DNA of 64,000 nt from Proteromonas lacertae (Eukaryota): assembly GCA_002245135.1 (NCBI GenBank), contig NGBS01000021.1, positions 62,001 to 126,000 of the forward strand, written 5' to 3'. Made by a program: the position numbers and the translations under genes. Of the stretch, positions 52,516 through 64,000 are shown piece after piece (within the stretch, counting starts at the first letter, position 1; each line of letters begins with the position of its first letter). The notes beneath the pieces are model-generated. The model made no database searches and was not told the origin of the DNA. It worked only from the letters and a program-made list of their open reading frames with translations.

Positions 52516-53891
52516 ATGAATATTGAAAGAAACTCTGTTTCTATTAAAGACCAAATATATCAAATCGTTGGACTACTAGGAGATGTATTAATGTGAATTA
52601 TTAATTATATAGGGGAAAGGCTTTGTCCCTCCATTTTCAATATGTGGAAGTAACATTAAATTTATTCAAAGACTAATTCGAAATATGTTTAAAGCTACAA
52701 AATATGAATATATTTTGGTTGAAGAAAGTGATTGTCTCAATACTCGTTTAATCTTTCATAAGATTCTAGATGTATACCTTCATATCATTAAATTGTAGAT
52801 ATTAAATACAAATATTTCTATAAAATTCCCCAAAACTAGTTATTCAAGATTCAATGAATTTATGAATAGTCTAGAACTATTACTTAAGGATGATACTACT
52901 ACCTACATTGTATTTAACAATGCAAATAGAATTAATACTAATCTACTGAATAATTTCCAATTATTATCAAAAGAATCCAAAAAACCGATCAGTTTAATAT
53001 ATTTATGTGAAAATCCTCTAAAATTAGATAATTTATTAATATCAATATATCTTCGTAACTATAATAAAGAAGATTTATATACATATCTTAGCGAATATGT
53101 TGATGATGAAATAGATGAAAATATAAAGAAAAATTTAGTGAATATAATAATCGATAGTTATGAAGGAAAAGTAACTGATATTGATGAGTTAGGGTATATA
53201 ATTAATTATTTATATAAATATATAAAGAATGAGAATAGTATAATGTTATTATTATTTTATTATTATTTAGAAGAAAATATAAATACTAAAGTGAAATTAA
53301 TGAAATATTTACAAAAATATATATCAATTTTAAACAGCCATCTTTACATTCATGATTTGACTCAAGAAGAATTAGAAGATAAAGACACAATAAATAATAG
53401 AAATAAAAGTGATTTGTGGATTAATCTGCCTTATTTACCAAAACTATTATTGATTAGTGGTTTTTTATGTAGTTATAATCCATCAAATCAAGATGAAAGA
53501 TATTTCAATACAGTTAGTGGTAATAAAAGAAAAAGAAGAAAAATAAATACAACCTCTAAGGCTGAAAATACATATATTAGCAAAGGACCTGGTACATTTT
53601 CACTTGAAAGATTATTAACAATATTTCATTGTATTGGATTGAGTGAAATTGATAATTTTCAAGTTAAAGATAGTATTTCAATTGAGTTTTATAGTTTTGT
53701 ATTTTTATTATTATTTTATATGTAATTTATAGATAAGTCAGCTTGTGAGTTTGAATTTATTTGTAATTGATGGAACTGAGAATGAAGATTTAAAGATGAA
53801 TTATAAATGCACATTAGAAATATCAGAAGCAGAAGAGATAGGGAATAGTTTAAAAATAGATATTCATAAATATATGAGTGATTTTAATTGA
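52516..53891 (+). CDS. ORC5: Origin recognition complex subunit 5
   Basis: LPYLPKLLLISGFLCSYNP..DERYF..GPGTFSLERLLTIF (ORC5 C-terminal domain); 4 GT-AG introns. Confidence 0.85.
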
Positions 53892-53968
53892 AATAATCTT
53901 TTAATTGATTAATTTTAGTTAAATATTAAAAATAACATATACATATATAAAAGTAATGAAATAAATAT

Positions 53969-56358
53969 TTATATTATCTTAGTAGGTAAAGCATATGGAC
54001 TAAAATAACTACAATCTCCTCTTTGACCAACTTTCACATCTCCTTTTCTATCTCTATTATTACTACTTGCAAATTGTCCTACACAACTACAACTACCATC
54101 TTTTCTATTACATTTACCATGATTTGAACATTCAAAACATTTCCTAGTTCCTTTGTTATAATCTATAAAACCACTATTATCTACTACTAAATAACTATCT
54201 AAATCTTCATTACAATAGTAATAGAATCTTAAATGAATAATATTATTTGTATCTTTACATATTTCATCACCTAATGATGTAATTGCTATACAAGCTGAAG
54301 AATCTTTACATGAAAATGGAACTATTTCTCTATTAATATATAACAATAAAAACATATATATATATACTCTTTTAATTCAAATTTGTTATATAAACTATCA
54401 ATAACTTCACTGAATTTTGAAGATTTTTTCACTTCTATTTCTCTTTCATTATACTTTAATATAGCACTCTCTTTAGTATCAGTACATGATATTTGCAGGA
54501 ATGGAGGTTCTTCAGTATCAATATCACAATCATAAATATCAACTCCAAATGGACAAGTAACTTCTGAACAATTATAACCACCATATCCTTTATTACACTG
54601 ACATTCACTAAGTATTGGTTTATTAGTACTACCTGGATGAACACTTTGGCATTTACCATTTGGCTCACAATTATTAGGACAACTCACTATAATAATAATA
54701 TAACAATATAATAATAATATACTTTGTGAACAATCAGTACTTTCATATCCTGGTCTACAGATACATCCTTTATTAATATCGCATTTACCCATATCACTAC
54801 ATACACTGAGTCTTTCAACAGGTGAAAACCATGAGTTAGCTTTATTATCAAAACAAGTTGGTATATCACATTTATATCCCTTTTTATTATCATCACATTC
54901 ACAATATGGATGTTTTTCTATTGAAGTAGTACCAACTGTATCTATATTAACTTCTTGAGATTTACCATTACAAACTATGTAATAATAATAATCATAATAT
55001 ATATATATATATATACATCCTGATTTCTTATATGGACTATCAATACTATTGACAATTTGACAATTCCAACTCTTAACATAATCAATATCAAACATATAAT
55101 CATCTAATACATATTTATTAGGATCAACAGTTACACAAGTACATTTTCCAGTGGAAGTATCACACTGTCCATTTCCTGAACATATTTTATATGTCTTTAC
55201 ACTTTGATAATGACATAAAAATACACCATCAGTTAAACAGAGAGGTTTTGGTTGTTTCTTTCTACTACCAACTTCATAATAATCAGGATCATTAGTAGAA
55301 GGTGCAGTTGTTGATTCAACTTTTAAATCATCGACATGATTACCATTATTATCTGTTACTTTCAATATTCTTGCACTAATAAATATTAATATATAAATAA
55401 TTAAATATAATTATATACTATGGATCAGTTACAAAGTTAAATTCCCATACAGTGGAAGATTGTAAATCAGTTTCTATATACTTATTATCAGCAGAATCTT
55501 CTTTAAGAAAACGTATTACAATGTCACTAACTATTCCTTTACTCTATATATATATATATATATATATATGAATTCATAAATAATATACGATTATTAGATC
55601 TCTTAAATATTTATTATCTGCTCCATTATTAACTTGTATAATCATCTGCCTACAATATTGGTTATTCTGCTTCATTGGATCACTTTCTTCACCACAATTG
55701 ATAATTATTATTTTATATGGAAACTTACTTATATCATAAGCATGTTTATAAAATGAAACAGTATCATATTTATCTTTATTTTCTACAGCTCCTATTGGAC
55801 AATTTCCTATATTAATATATAATATATAATAAATAATACTTTCACTACAATCATATCCATACCATCCTTTATTACACATACAACCAAAGAATCTGTTTTT
55901 GTAAGGAAGAGTACTATCTTCTAGTGCATCTCCATTAGGTTTTACATAGTGATAATGTAATGCTGAAATTGATAAACAATTGCCATGACCATTACATAAA
56001 CCTTTTTCAGGTAATGAAGGACAATCTGTTACTTGACATGATTTACCTGTGAATCCTTCATCACATATACATTTACCATTTTGTTCATCACAAATACCTC
56101 TTCCAGAACACTCAATAAAAGATTCTGGGTCAAAACCCCAACTTGGTCCAGATGGACATTTTCCTATTGATCATTATTTGTTGAATATACGATGAGAACA
56201 ATCTACACCAGTCCAGTCGTCAAAGCACTTACAAGTTTGTGATTTAGAACATAAACCATGACCACTATGAATAAAAATGAATATACATACCTGCACTTGT
56301 TAGGACAGATCGATAAAACCCCTTCTAAAGCTAGAAAAAAGAAGAAAAAGTGAAACAT
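53969..56358 (-). CDS. Secreted multi-EGF tenascin/Sig/mastigoneme-like protein
   Basis: Signal peptide MFHFFFFFLALEGVLS; WTGVDCSHRKCPSG, ECSGRGICD, CPFGVD, ECSNHGKCNRKDGSCSC..ASSN..G.RGDCS; about 7 introns. Confidence 0.8.
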
Positions 56359-56501
56359 AAAAAATATGTTGGAATAACGACTCTATTTTTAATAATTGTC
56401 AAAGAATTAAAGTAAAGACATAAATAGACTATAAACAACAATTCTGAAACAAACATACAACATTAACTTATTTACGGAGAATATAAAAGTTTGAAGAAAA
56501 A

Positions 56502-57432
56502 TTAAATTCTGAAAATGATCATTCTTGGATTACCACCATAATCACATGCAAATTTCACAACAGTATATCCAAACTGTTTTAATAATTTCATTATACTTTC
56601 TTTTTGATCATAGCCAATTTCAATCACACAATATCCAGTATGTTTAAGCAAGTATGGAACTATATTAAATATCTGCATATATGATTCTAACCCAGTATAA
56701 CCTGGAGTTAATGCTATTTTCGGTTCATATTCTTTTATTTCTGGTGATAGTTTCAAATAATCATTATATCTTATATATGGAGGATTTGAAATAATAATAT
56801 CAAATTTAGATGGGAAAAGAGAAATATTTGTATTAATAAACGATTCTATTATATATATAATAATAAATATATATGATATTACTGTTTAATAAATTACTTC
56901 TAAATGATTGATTCAAATCATGAATATTCTTATAAGACACTTTCAATGCTTCTATTGATATATCTGTTCCAAAACCTGTTGCATTAGGATATTCTTGTAA
57001 TAAAGAACATAATAAACATCCACTACCTACTCCTAAGTCTAAAATTGAAATATTGTGATTGGAATTAAACAAGGACTATATTAATGTAAATATTATAATA
57101 CTTCTGATTATTTATACTGATGTATGTTCTATTAGAATTTCTGAATCGTATCTTGGTATTAGCACGTTTGGATTTACATAGTAATTGTGTTTCCAGAAGT
57201 ATTGTTGTTGTGTAATATATTGAAGTGGTTCATTATTCTTCAAGCGATTAATATATGATTTAAATAAGTCATATTGTTGTATGTTAAGATAATTTTTCCT
57301 GTTATTTAAATACCACACGTTTGAATATTCTTCATTTTTAGCATATGCGATCAATCTTGCAACATTTCTTTCTGATCCAGCTAATTTAGAAAATTCTTTT
57401 ATTATTTGGAGTATTGATAACTCATTAACCAT
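56502..57432 (-). CDS. HemK/PrmC release-factor glutamine methyltransferase
   Basis: EPLQYI, VLIPRYDSE, LDLGVGSGC, FDIIISNPPYI, EPKIAL, EIGYDQ. Confidence 0.9.
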
Positions 57433-57480
57433 TTAATTTTTGATTTAAAACATCAAACAAGTTTGACATTTCATTTTTAA

Positions 57481-58670
57481 ATGCTGAAGTTTGGAGCAAG
57501 AGTTCACAGACAAGTACATAATTTTATTGTTTATTGTTGCTAGATTAATGCATTTCACAAAAAATCATTACTCATAACAAAGAGATCTTTTGTTGAGACT
57601 TTGAAAGATGAATATGGTGCAATGGATTCATCAGGTGAGACATGCACAATTGAAAATTTCAAATTAGAGAGTGGAATTGTTCTACCAAAAGTAGATATTA
57701 GATATCGTGCATATGGCAAATTGAACAAAAAGAAAGATAATACAATGATTATTTGTCATGCATTAACAGGAAATGCATCAATTGAAAGTTGGTGGGGAGA
57801 AATGTTGGGAGAGAATAAACCCTTCGATCCCAAGAAGTATTACATTATCTGTGCCAATATATTAGGATCATGTTATGGTAGTACAGGTCCAACATCAATC
57901 AATCCAAAAACAGGTAAAAAATATGGAGGTGATTGGCCAATCATATCTGTAAGAGATAATGTAATAGCAAATCACAAAATACTTGAAGAAAAGGGAATTA
58001 ATAAAATCAACTGTGTAATAGGTGGAAGTCTTGGAGGAATGCAGACTTTAGAATGGTTGTTATTATATGGAAAAAATGAAATTGAAAAAGGAATAATTCT
58101 ATCATGTGGTGCTTATCACACTCCTTGGCAAATTGGATGGAATGAATGTCAAAGAGACGCAATAATGAATGACATAAACTATAACAATGGAAATTATTAT
58201 GAGACTGAGAAAATACCTTTTGATGGCTTGAGTTTGGCTCGTAAAATTGCAATGATTACTTACCGTTCTTATACTGGTTATCATAATAAATTTGAATTAG
58301 ATAATGAAGAGAGGAATGTCCAAACATATTTGAAGTATCAAGGTCAGAAGTTTAACAGTAGATTCGATAGTAATAGTTATATTGCATTGACAAGAATGAT
58401 GGATACTCATAATGTGGGCAGAAATAGAGGAGGATATATTGTATAATAATATATATAATGAAATAGAAAGCATTAGAATCAATCACAAATAAGTGTTTGA
58501 TATTAGGAGTAAATAGTGATATGTTATATCCAATCAGTGAGCAGAAAGAATTACATAAATATATTAAGAATAGTAGATTTGTGACAATTAAAAGTATTGA
58601 AGGTCATGATGGTTTTTTATTAGAACAAGATCAGATTAGTAAAGAAATGTTGAAATTTTTGAATGAGTAG
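57481..58670 (+). CDS. Homoserine O-acetyltransferase (MetX/Met2 family) with N-terminal presequence-like extension
   Basis: CHALTG, GSCYGSTGP, GGSLGG nucleophile, RFDSNSY, GHDGFLLE; 2 GT-AG introns. Confidence 0.9.
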
Positions 58671-58777
58671 ATATTAGTTTTTTTTTCTTATTTTTGGTTA
58701 ATGACTTAATTTTTAAAATTTTACTCTTCTTTTGTTAGAATCCATTAAAAACAATTCAAATAATAATAATAATAAAT

Positions 58778-60603
58778 TTAACACATAATAGGCCTTTGAG
58801 GCAAGCATAAACTATAAAATATGGATGGATTAAACACACTTTTATCTCTCCAACAACAACCATAACTTTTATATCCTCCTCCGCACATATTACACTGTTT
58901 ATTAACAACAGAATTATAATCATCTTCACCAATATAATGGGGATCTAATATCAAATAATTCACATCTCTTGTTTCTTCATTTATTCTTATTCCTAAGAGT
59001 GTAAAAGCTAATTGATTTCCACCAATCATTATTGGAGCTCCAACTCTTCTAAAATGATCAATTAATGCATTTGTTTTGTTTTCTATTTCATCTCCTCTAT
59101 TTAAAATAATAAATTTACTTTCTATTCCTAATAATTGATTGATCACATAACCAATTTCTTGAGATCCAATCCATTCATGTGAATCAATAAAACTGGACGG
59201 TTTATCACCAATTTTAACTAAAGTCTTTTGAATCTCTTTAATTGTTGGTATATTTTTATTATCTTTATATTTTTCATCTTCATCAGCATAATGATTCTCA
59301 ATAAAGAATGAATAAATCGATTGTAATGATCTATAAGCACAACCCCATCCACTATCTCTTTCACCATCTTGTAAATAATGATAATATCTATAATCACCAT
59401 CAATTAAATATTCTTTTATATTATTATTACTCTCATCATTACTTTTAATATGTCTATGAACATTCAATAAATGAATGCTTTTTGATTTTGTTTCAGTTTT
59501 TGAAGCTGTATTATCATCATTTACATCATTCATTATGTTATACTTTGAGAATATAAATCTATCTTTTTGATATCCAAATATATTGTGAATTATATCTCTT
59601 TTATTATCAAATAAACACATATTTATTAATCCTTTTTGAAATGGAGAAAATATAAACATTTCTGTTTTTGTTATGTTATATTTTATTCTACATTGAATTA
59701 GATAATATATTTCATCTATTATATTTTGTTTTATTGTTTTATATACATCTGATACAGTTGTATTATCTTCTTTTATAAAGTATAGAGTTAAACAGCATTT
59801 CAAATTTAACATATCTATTATAAATAACAAACAAAATAAAATATACAATAGGATTCAATAAATTGATTTGTCATTTCTAATTTTCTATTCTCTTCATTCA
59901 TATTCTTTGTTGAAATAAATGGAAATATTTGTAACATTTTACCATATTTATTATTACTAATCATATCACTTTCTTCATTTAATAGTAAATCTACTTTATC
60001 ATTGTTTGTATCACTTATTTCATTTCCATTCTTTGTCATTAACATATAATTGCTTAATAACCCATTTATATCACTTTTTATCATTTTAGATACTTCTGCT
60101 TCTGGTTTTATAATTTGAAGAGGCAACTTGCAGTAAATAAGATAAAGATTATCTTTCTTTGATAAATCTAAATTTTGATTGATTTTCATAGCTTCTCCAT
60201 TTGGATTTGTGAAACATATAATTGCATCACTATTGCAAAATATTAATATTTATATATAATACTTTTTTTGAAAAGCAATTATTTCACAGTTTTCTTTTGA
60301 TTTAACTATTTCTTGATTTTCTGTTGATATATTTTCCAATAGAGCTATAAATAAATTATATAAGAGAAATACATGATTCTGGAAGTTTATTTGATTGGAA
60401 TAACAAACCAATAAAAGGATATTGACAAAATACTCTATCTCTATCTTCATTTGCATTTAGCAACGTCTGGAAAACAAAATATTCATTCTGTGAACTCTTA
60501 AGTCCATACAAACAAAAAACATCTAATGTAGAATAAATATGAAATAAATGCCTTCTAGATTAGCACATTTTGGTAGTACATTTACAAAATTAATAATAGA
60601 CAT
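58778..60603 (-). CDS. UFSP2: Ufm1-specific protease (peptidase C78), UFSP2-like
   Basis: YYHYLQD..DSGWGCAYRSLQ, WIGSQE, PIMIGG, LILDPHY; first intron is GC-AG (60523-60551). Confidence 0.85.
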
Positions 60604-60799
60604 ACTACAAAACAGTCAGAAGATTAGAAAAATTAAAATGAATGAATTACAAAAATAGATTCGTTTCAAGAAATGAATAACATCGACTTATTCATCATAT
60701 ACAATTTTTTTAGATCAAAATGTATTATATATTAAATTAAATTATTAAATTTTGCTTATACTTTAATTTAATTCAAAGTAATGTAAATCACTTAATAAC

Positions 60800-61912
60800 T
60801 TAAATATATTCTGCAGTTTCAGTACAAGCTAATCCATAATATCCATTAAAACATTCACACAACCCAGTCTCCACATTACACAATCCATTATTACTACAAA
60901 TAGAAGGTTTATATTTCTCTTTATCAACATCAGGTATAGTATTAGAAATAGTAAAGCCAACATAAGTAGGACTATTTTCTCCTCTACTAATCATCCCATG
61001 AAATCCATTTCCATTATTAGCACCATGTTTATAATAATAACTACCAACATCTAATTGTAATTTACCTAATATTTGAATTGGACTAATTCTACCACTTTGA
61101 TGCTTTCCATACAGTATTGTCACTTGATTTAATGTCTTCATTTCATAATCAATATCTAATTTTATATCTTTTAAATCAATTATTTCATTAGGAAATTTAG
61201 ATATTTGATTAAACCATGATTCTTTATTCATTAATTGAATTAAACCACTATAATACAATCTACCATAAGAATCTTCATATTCAATATAAGCTGTATCACT
61301 TTCAGTTGGCTGAGGATCAAATTTTATTGTTTGCTTATAAGGTATATCTGGCGTACAAGTTTGATAACCTAATGCACATCTTCTCCTTTGACAAGAATAA
61401 CCACTATATTCAGAATCACATAAACATTTAAATCGATGATTTGGGTTTGTATTCTGTTTCATTTCTTCGTAATCCATTTCACAGGTTCTATCATCTAATG
61501 GATGGGTTTGTTTAAAATCTATTTCGTCCTGAGAAATTGCTTTTATCTCAACACAGATTCCATGTCCATTACAGTTGTTTGGACAACTTCGAATTTCACA
61601 TGCTTTGCCTTCATAGTATGAATTACATTCACATTCACCAGTATTTCTGTTACAAGTACCATGTTCACTACATTCAGCATATACTCTATCTGGATCATCA
61701 GTTTGTGGATAATCTTCACCATAAGAATCTCCAAAAGGGCAAGATCCTATCATATCTATATAATATAATATACTTATCGAACAATCATTTCCTCTCCAAC
61801 CTGAATTGCAGATACATAATCCCATATTACAAATTCCATGCTCACTACACATATTTGGACATATTTGACATTGCACAAACACAGCAAGAGATAAAAGAAA
61901 TATAAAGTTCAT
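60800..61912 (-). CDS. Secreted Sig1/Ocm1/Mas-type (tubular mastigoneme-like) EGF protein
   Basis: Signal peptide, CPNMCSEHG, AECSEHGTCNRNTGEC, CPNNCNGHG, central Y-D-YG..FPN..VT segment, terminal CSNNGLCNVETGLCECFNGYYG; probable short in-frame intron. Confidence 0.7.
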   Translation of the reverse strand: MNFIFLLSLAVFVQCQICPNMCSEHGICNMGLCICNSGWRGNDCSISILYYIDMIGSCPFGDSYGEDYPQTDDPDRVYAECSEHGTCNRNTGECECNSYYEGKACEIRSCPNNCNGHGICVEIKAISQDEIDFKQTHPLDDRTCEMDYEEMKQNTNPNHRFKCLCDSEYSGYSCQRRRCALGYQTCTPDIPYKQTIKFDPQPTESDTAYIEYEDSYGRLYYSGLIQLMNKESWFNQISKFPNEIIDLKDIKLDIDYEMKTLNQVTILYGKHQSGRISPIQILGKLQLDVGSYYYKHGANNGNGFHGMISRGENSPTYVGFTISNTIPDVDKEKYKPSICSNNGLCNVETGLCECFNGYYGLACTETAEYI

Positions 61913-62461
61913 TGAAACGGATCTATTTCATTAAATGATCCAATTTCATTTTATCAAAATTCTCATGTTTGATGTTGTATGTTATTTAGAAAACATTATC
62001 AATAGGATGAAAAAGTAGTACGACAAGATGTGATACAATTTTACTATCTTATTCTTAATTCAAATTCTCATGAATGTTTGTACTGTAAGATTTAATATGA
62101 CAACATGATATATGAGTGTGAAATAACTAGAATGTACACTTTAAATTAATAAATAAGATAAATGATAGAAATGTAGTTTAAAATTAGAATATACTGCTAA
62201 TGGTTTAAATTATTTTAAATTTGCATAATTTTTGTGATTATAAAATTAACAATAAAAACTTTTATGTTTTTAAGAAATTTTAATTTTCTCTCTAACAAGA
62301 CATGTTTATTACATTTTTAACTTATTTTAATATTCCTATAGTTATATTTGTTAATAACAAATCTAGTACACATTAAATAGCTAAGTAAAACTGAAGTAAT
62401 AGTAAAATTTAATGAAAAAAACTCAAGCTTGGGCTTGAATAAACCCAACATAATTTAAGAA

Positions 62462-63739
62462 ATGCGTTATCTAAAAGTTTGTGGAGCGCTTTTTATCGCT
62501 TCGTGTGTAATATTGATATATATACTCGGTCCCTCACATGAGCCCAACATACCACACCCAATTGAGCCATTCACAGAATCACCGACTTCTTATTTCTCAA
62601 CTCTTCCAGAAACATCAAAAGAAATTTATATAGTACCACCAAGAAAGCCAGCCAGCTATGTTCCAAAAAGATCCGATTTAGAGTCATTCTTTGGTAACCC
62701 ACCGTCTATAATATCTATATATTCAGAGAAGCATCGTTTGTGGATGAAGGAGATTGAAACAAAGTCTACAACTCCCGTATTGCAGTATCATCCTCATCCT
62801 AACCTTGGAATAAGTAACAAAATGAGAGGTTTAATGTCAGCTACATTATTTGCTATGTTAACAGATCGAGCATTAATAACAACTCAATGGAGAACAATTA
62901 AGGATTATTTCAAATTACCTATTGACATTTCACATGAACTGAATAATTTCAAACCAACAGTAAAACATGCAGATTATGAAAATTGCTTTGATAAAGATGA
63001 AATTAGACAATTAATAGATGAATCAGCTCCTCGAATAATATTCTCAACATTTTGTGATATAGTAAGTGATTTATTATCATCAAAGGATTATACACGGCAA
63101 TTATTAGATGCTGGATTAATTACAGAATCTGCTGATACAGTTGATGAAAAATCAATACAAATCAGATATTTTCTATATAAGTATTTCTTCATTCCTTCAA
63201 AATCAGTTCAAAAAATAATATCAACTGAAAAAATGAAGTGGAAAAGTAATAGTTATATAATTGGAATTCATATCAGACAGAATCACATAGGTTGGGAAGA
63301 TAATACGATCAAATTCCTCTCTCAGAATGGTATAGACAACATAATAGAAGAAGCAGTGAAATTGACCAATAGAATTCAAATGAACAGTAATAATATGACA
63401 AATGTAAAATGGTTTATTTCAAGTGATAATTCAACTACTATTCAGTTGTTACAGAAGTCTCCATTATATTCATCCTATATAACCACTATCAATGGATATG
63501 AGAAGCTGCATTCTAGGGATAGTGGGAAATTTACTAGAAGTAGTTATCTTGCTACTGTTGCTGATTTAATGTTATTATCTCAATGCAATTCATTGTTATT
63601 AACGAAAGATAGTACTTTTAGTGAGATAGGATATTATAGAAATAGAATTATATTGAATAAATTCTTAAAGTCAAATATGAAGGAATATAACGAAGTTAAA
63701 TTCTTTATTGATGATAATTTTGTTGATAGTATCCTATAG
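62462..63739 (+). CDS. Intronless type II membrane glycosyltransferase, fucosyltransferase-like (GT11/GT23/GT37 motif set)
   Basis: N-terminal TM + Pro-rich stem; GISNKMRG, IGIHIR, WFISSDN, ADLMLLSQC..STFS. Confidence 0.75.
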   Translation: MRYLKVCGALFIASCVILIYILGPSHEPNIPHPIEPFTESPTSYFSTLPETSKEIYIVPPRKPASYVPKRSDLESFFGNPPSIISIYSEKHRLWMKEIETKSTTPVLQYHPHPNLGISNKMRGLMSATLFAMLTDRALITTQWRTIKDYFKLPIDISHELNNFKPTVKHADYENCFDKDEIRQLIDESAPRIIFSTFCDIVSDLLSSKDYTRQLLDAGLITESADTVDEKSIQIRYFLYKYFFIPSKSVQKIISTEKMKWKSNSYIIGIHIRQNHIGWEDNTIKFLSQNGIDNIIEEAVKLTNRIQMNSNNMTNVKWFISSDNSTTIQLLQKSPLYSSYITTINGYEKLHSRDSGKFTRSSYLATVADLMLLSQCNSLLLTKDSTFSEIGYYRNRIILNKFLKSNMKEYNEVKFFIDDNFVDSIL

Positions 63740-64000
63740 CAGGGTATTTTGAAGTGATTTTTGATAAATCTTCACATAAATTAATTATTTAATCTTATAT
63801 CTGGGTTCGATAAAGGGCGTCCTTTTCGAATTTTGCCCTATTTTTGCCCCTTTTTTTCAGCTGAAAAGAAGCCTGCCCCTTACTGCTCGGGCATAGTAAT
63901 ATTACCATGTGTTATGCTGTAGTATATTTTTTCTGATTTTTTGTTATAACTTTTCCATATTATCATCTAGATATACTAACATATGTTAAAAAGGATATAT

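Noticed and set aside
1350..55570. (TA)n tracts at ~1350, ~24375, ~55000 and ~55545
   Set aside because: Ordinary intronic microsatellites.
32382..56455. Blastocystis-type stop codons created by polyadenylation (TGTTTGTT at 32382+ and 56448-55-)
   Set aside because: The motif occurs downstream of genes, but every complete gene I assembled has a genomic stop codon.
60413..60422. Perfect ATATCCTTT U12 donor on the minus strand in UFSP2
   Set aside because: Lies in an open exon (QYPFIG); the frame is explained by GT-AG/GC-AG introns and there is no branch motif.
63810..63860. U11 snRNA (AAAGGGC start, Sm-like ATTTTTG)
   Set aside because: Spacing too short and no closing stem or four-way junction visible.
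1..64000. Alternative genetic code as the cause of fragmented ORFs
   Set aside because: Breaks are explained by short introns; TAA, TAG and TGA all end genes, and long exons are stop-free apart from one TGA.

Overview
Very AT-rich, gene-dense eukaryotic DNA with short (mostly 26-40 nt) GT-AG introns and intergenic gaps often under 150 bp. Intron size, TGTTTGTT motifs downstream of genes and Sig/mastigoneme-type EGF proteins suggest a Blastocystis/Opalinata-like gut stramenopile (inference). About 21 protein genes can be assembled by hand: UBR-box E3, SAP-RRM protein, small TM protein, MFSD12-like transporter, a giant multi-Venus-flytrap class C GPCR-like receptor, a giant LRR/IQ/EF-hand protein, a Zn-finger protein, three Sig/mastigoneme-like EGF proteins, a bacterial-type YedF/DsrE protein, a divergent Rab-like GTPase, a giant SPRY/WWE/HECT E3, a small coiled-coil protein, UNG, ORC5, HemK, MetX, UFSP2, a fucosyltransferase-like protein and a pogo transposase. 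Two tRNA-Ser genes sit inside introns, and an intact pogo/Tigger DNA transposon is inserted in the HECT gene. The main result is an unusually dense set of minor-spliceosome (U12-type) introns. Seven frame-restoring introns start ATATC(T/C/A)TTT, most carry a TC(C/T)TTAAT-like branch site, and they end in AC, AT or AA. Four are in one gene and one splits the UNG catalytic motif H|PSPLS. That is roughly 7% of the introns in the window.
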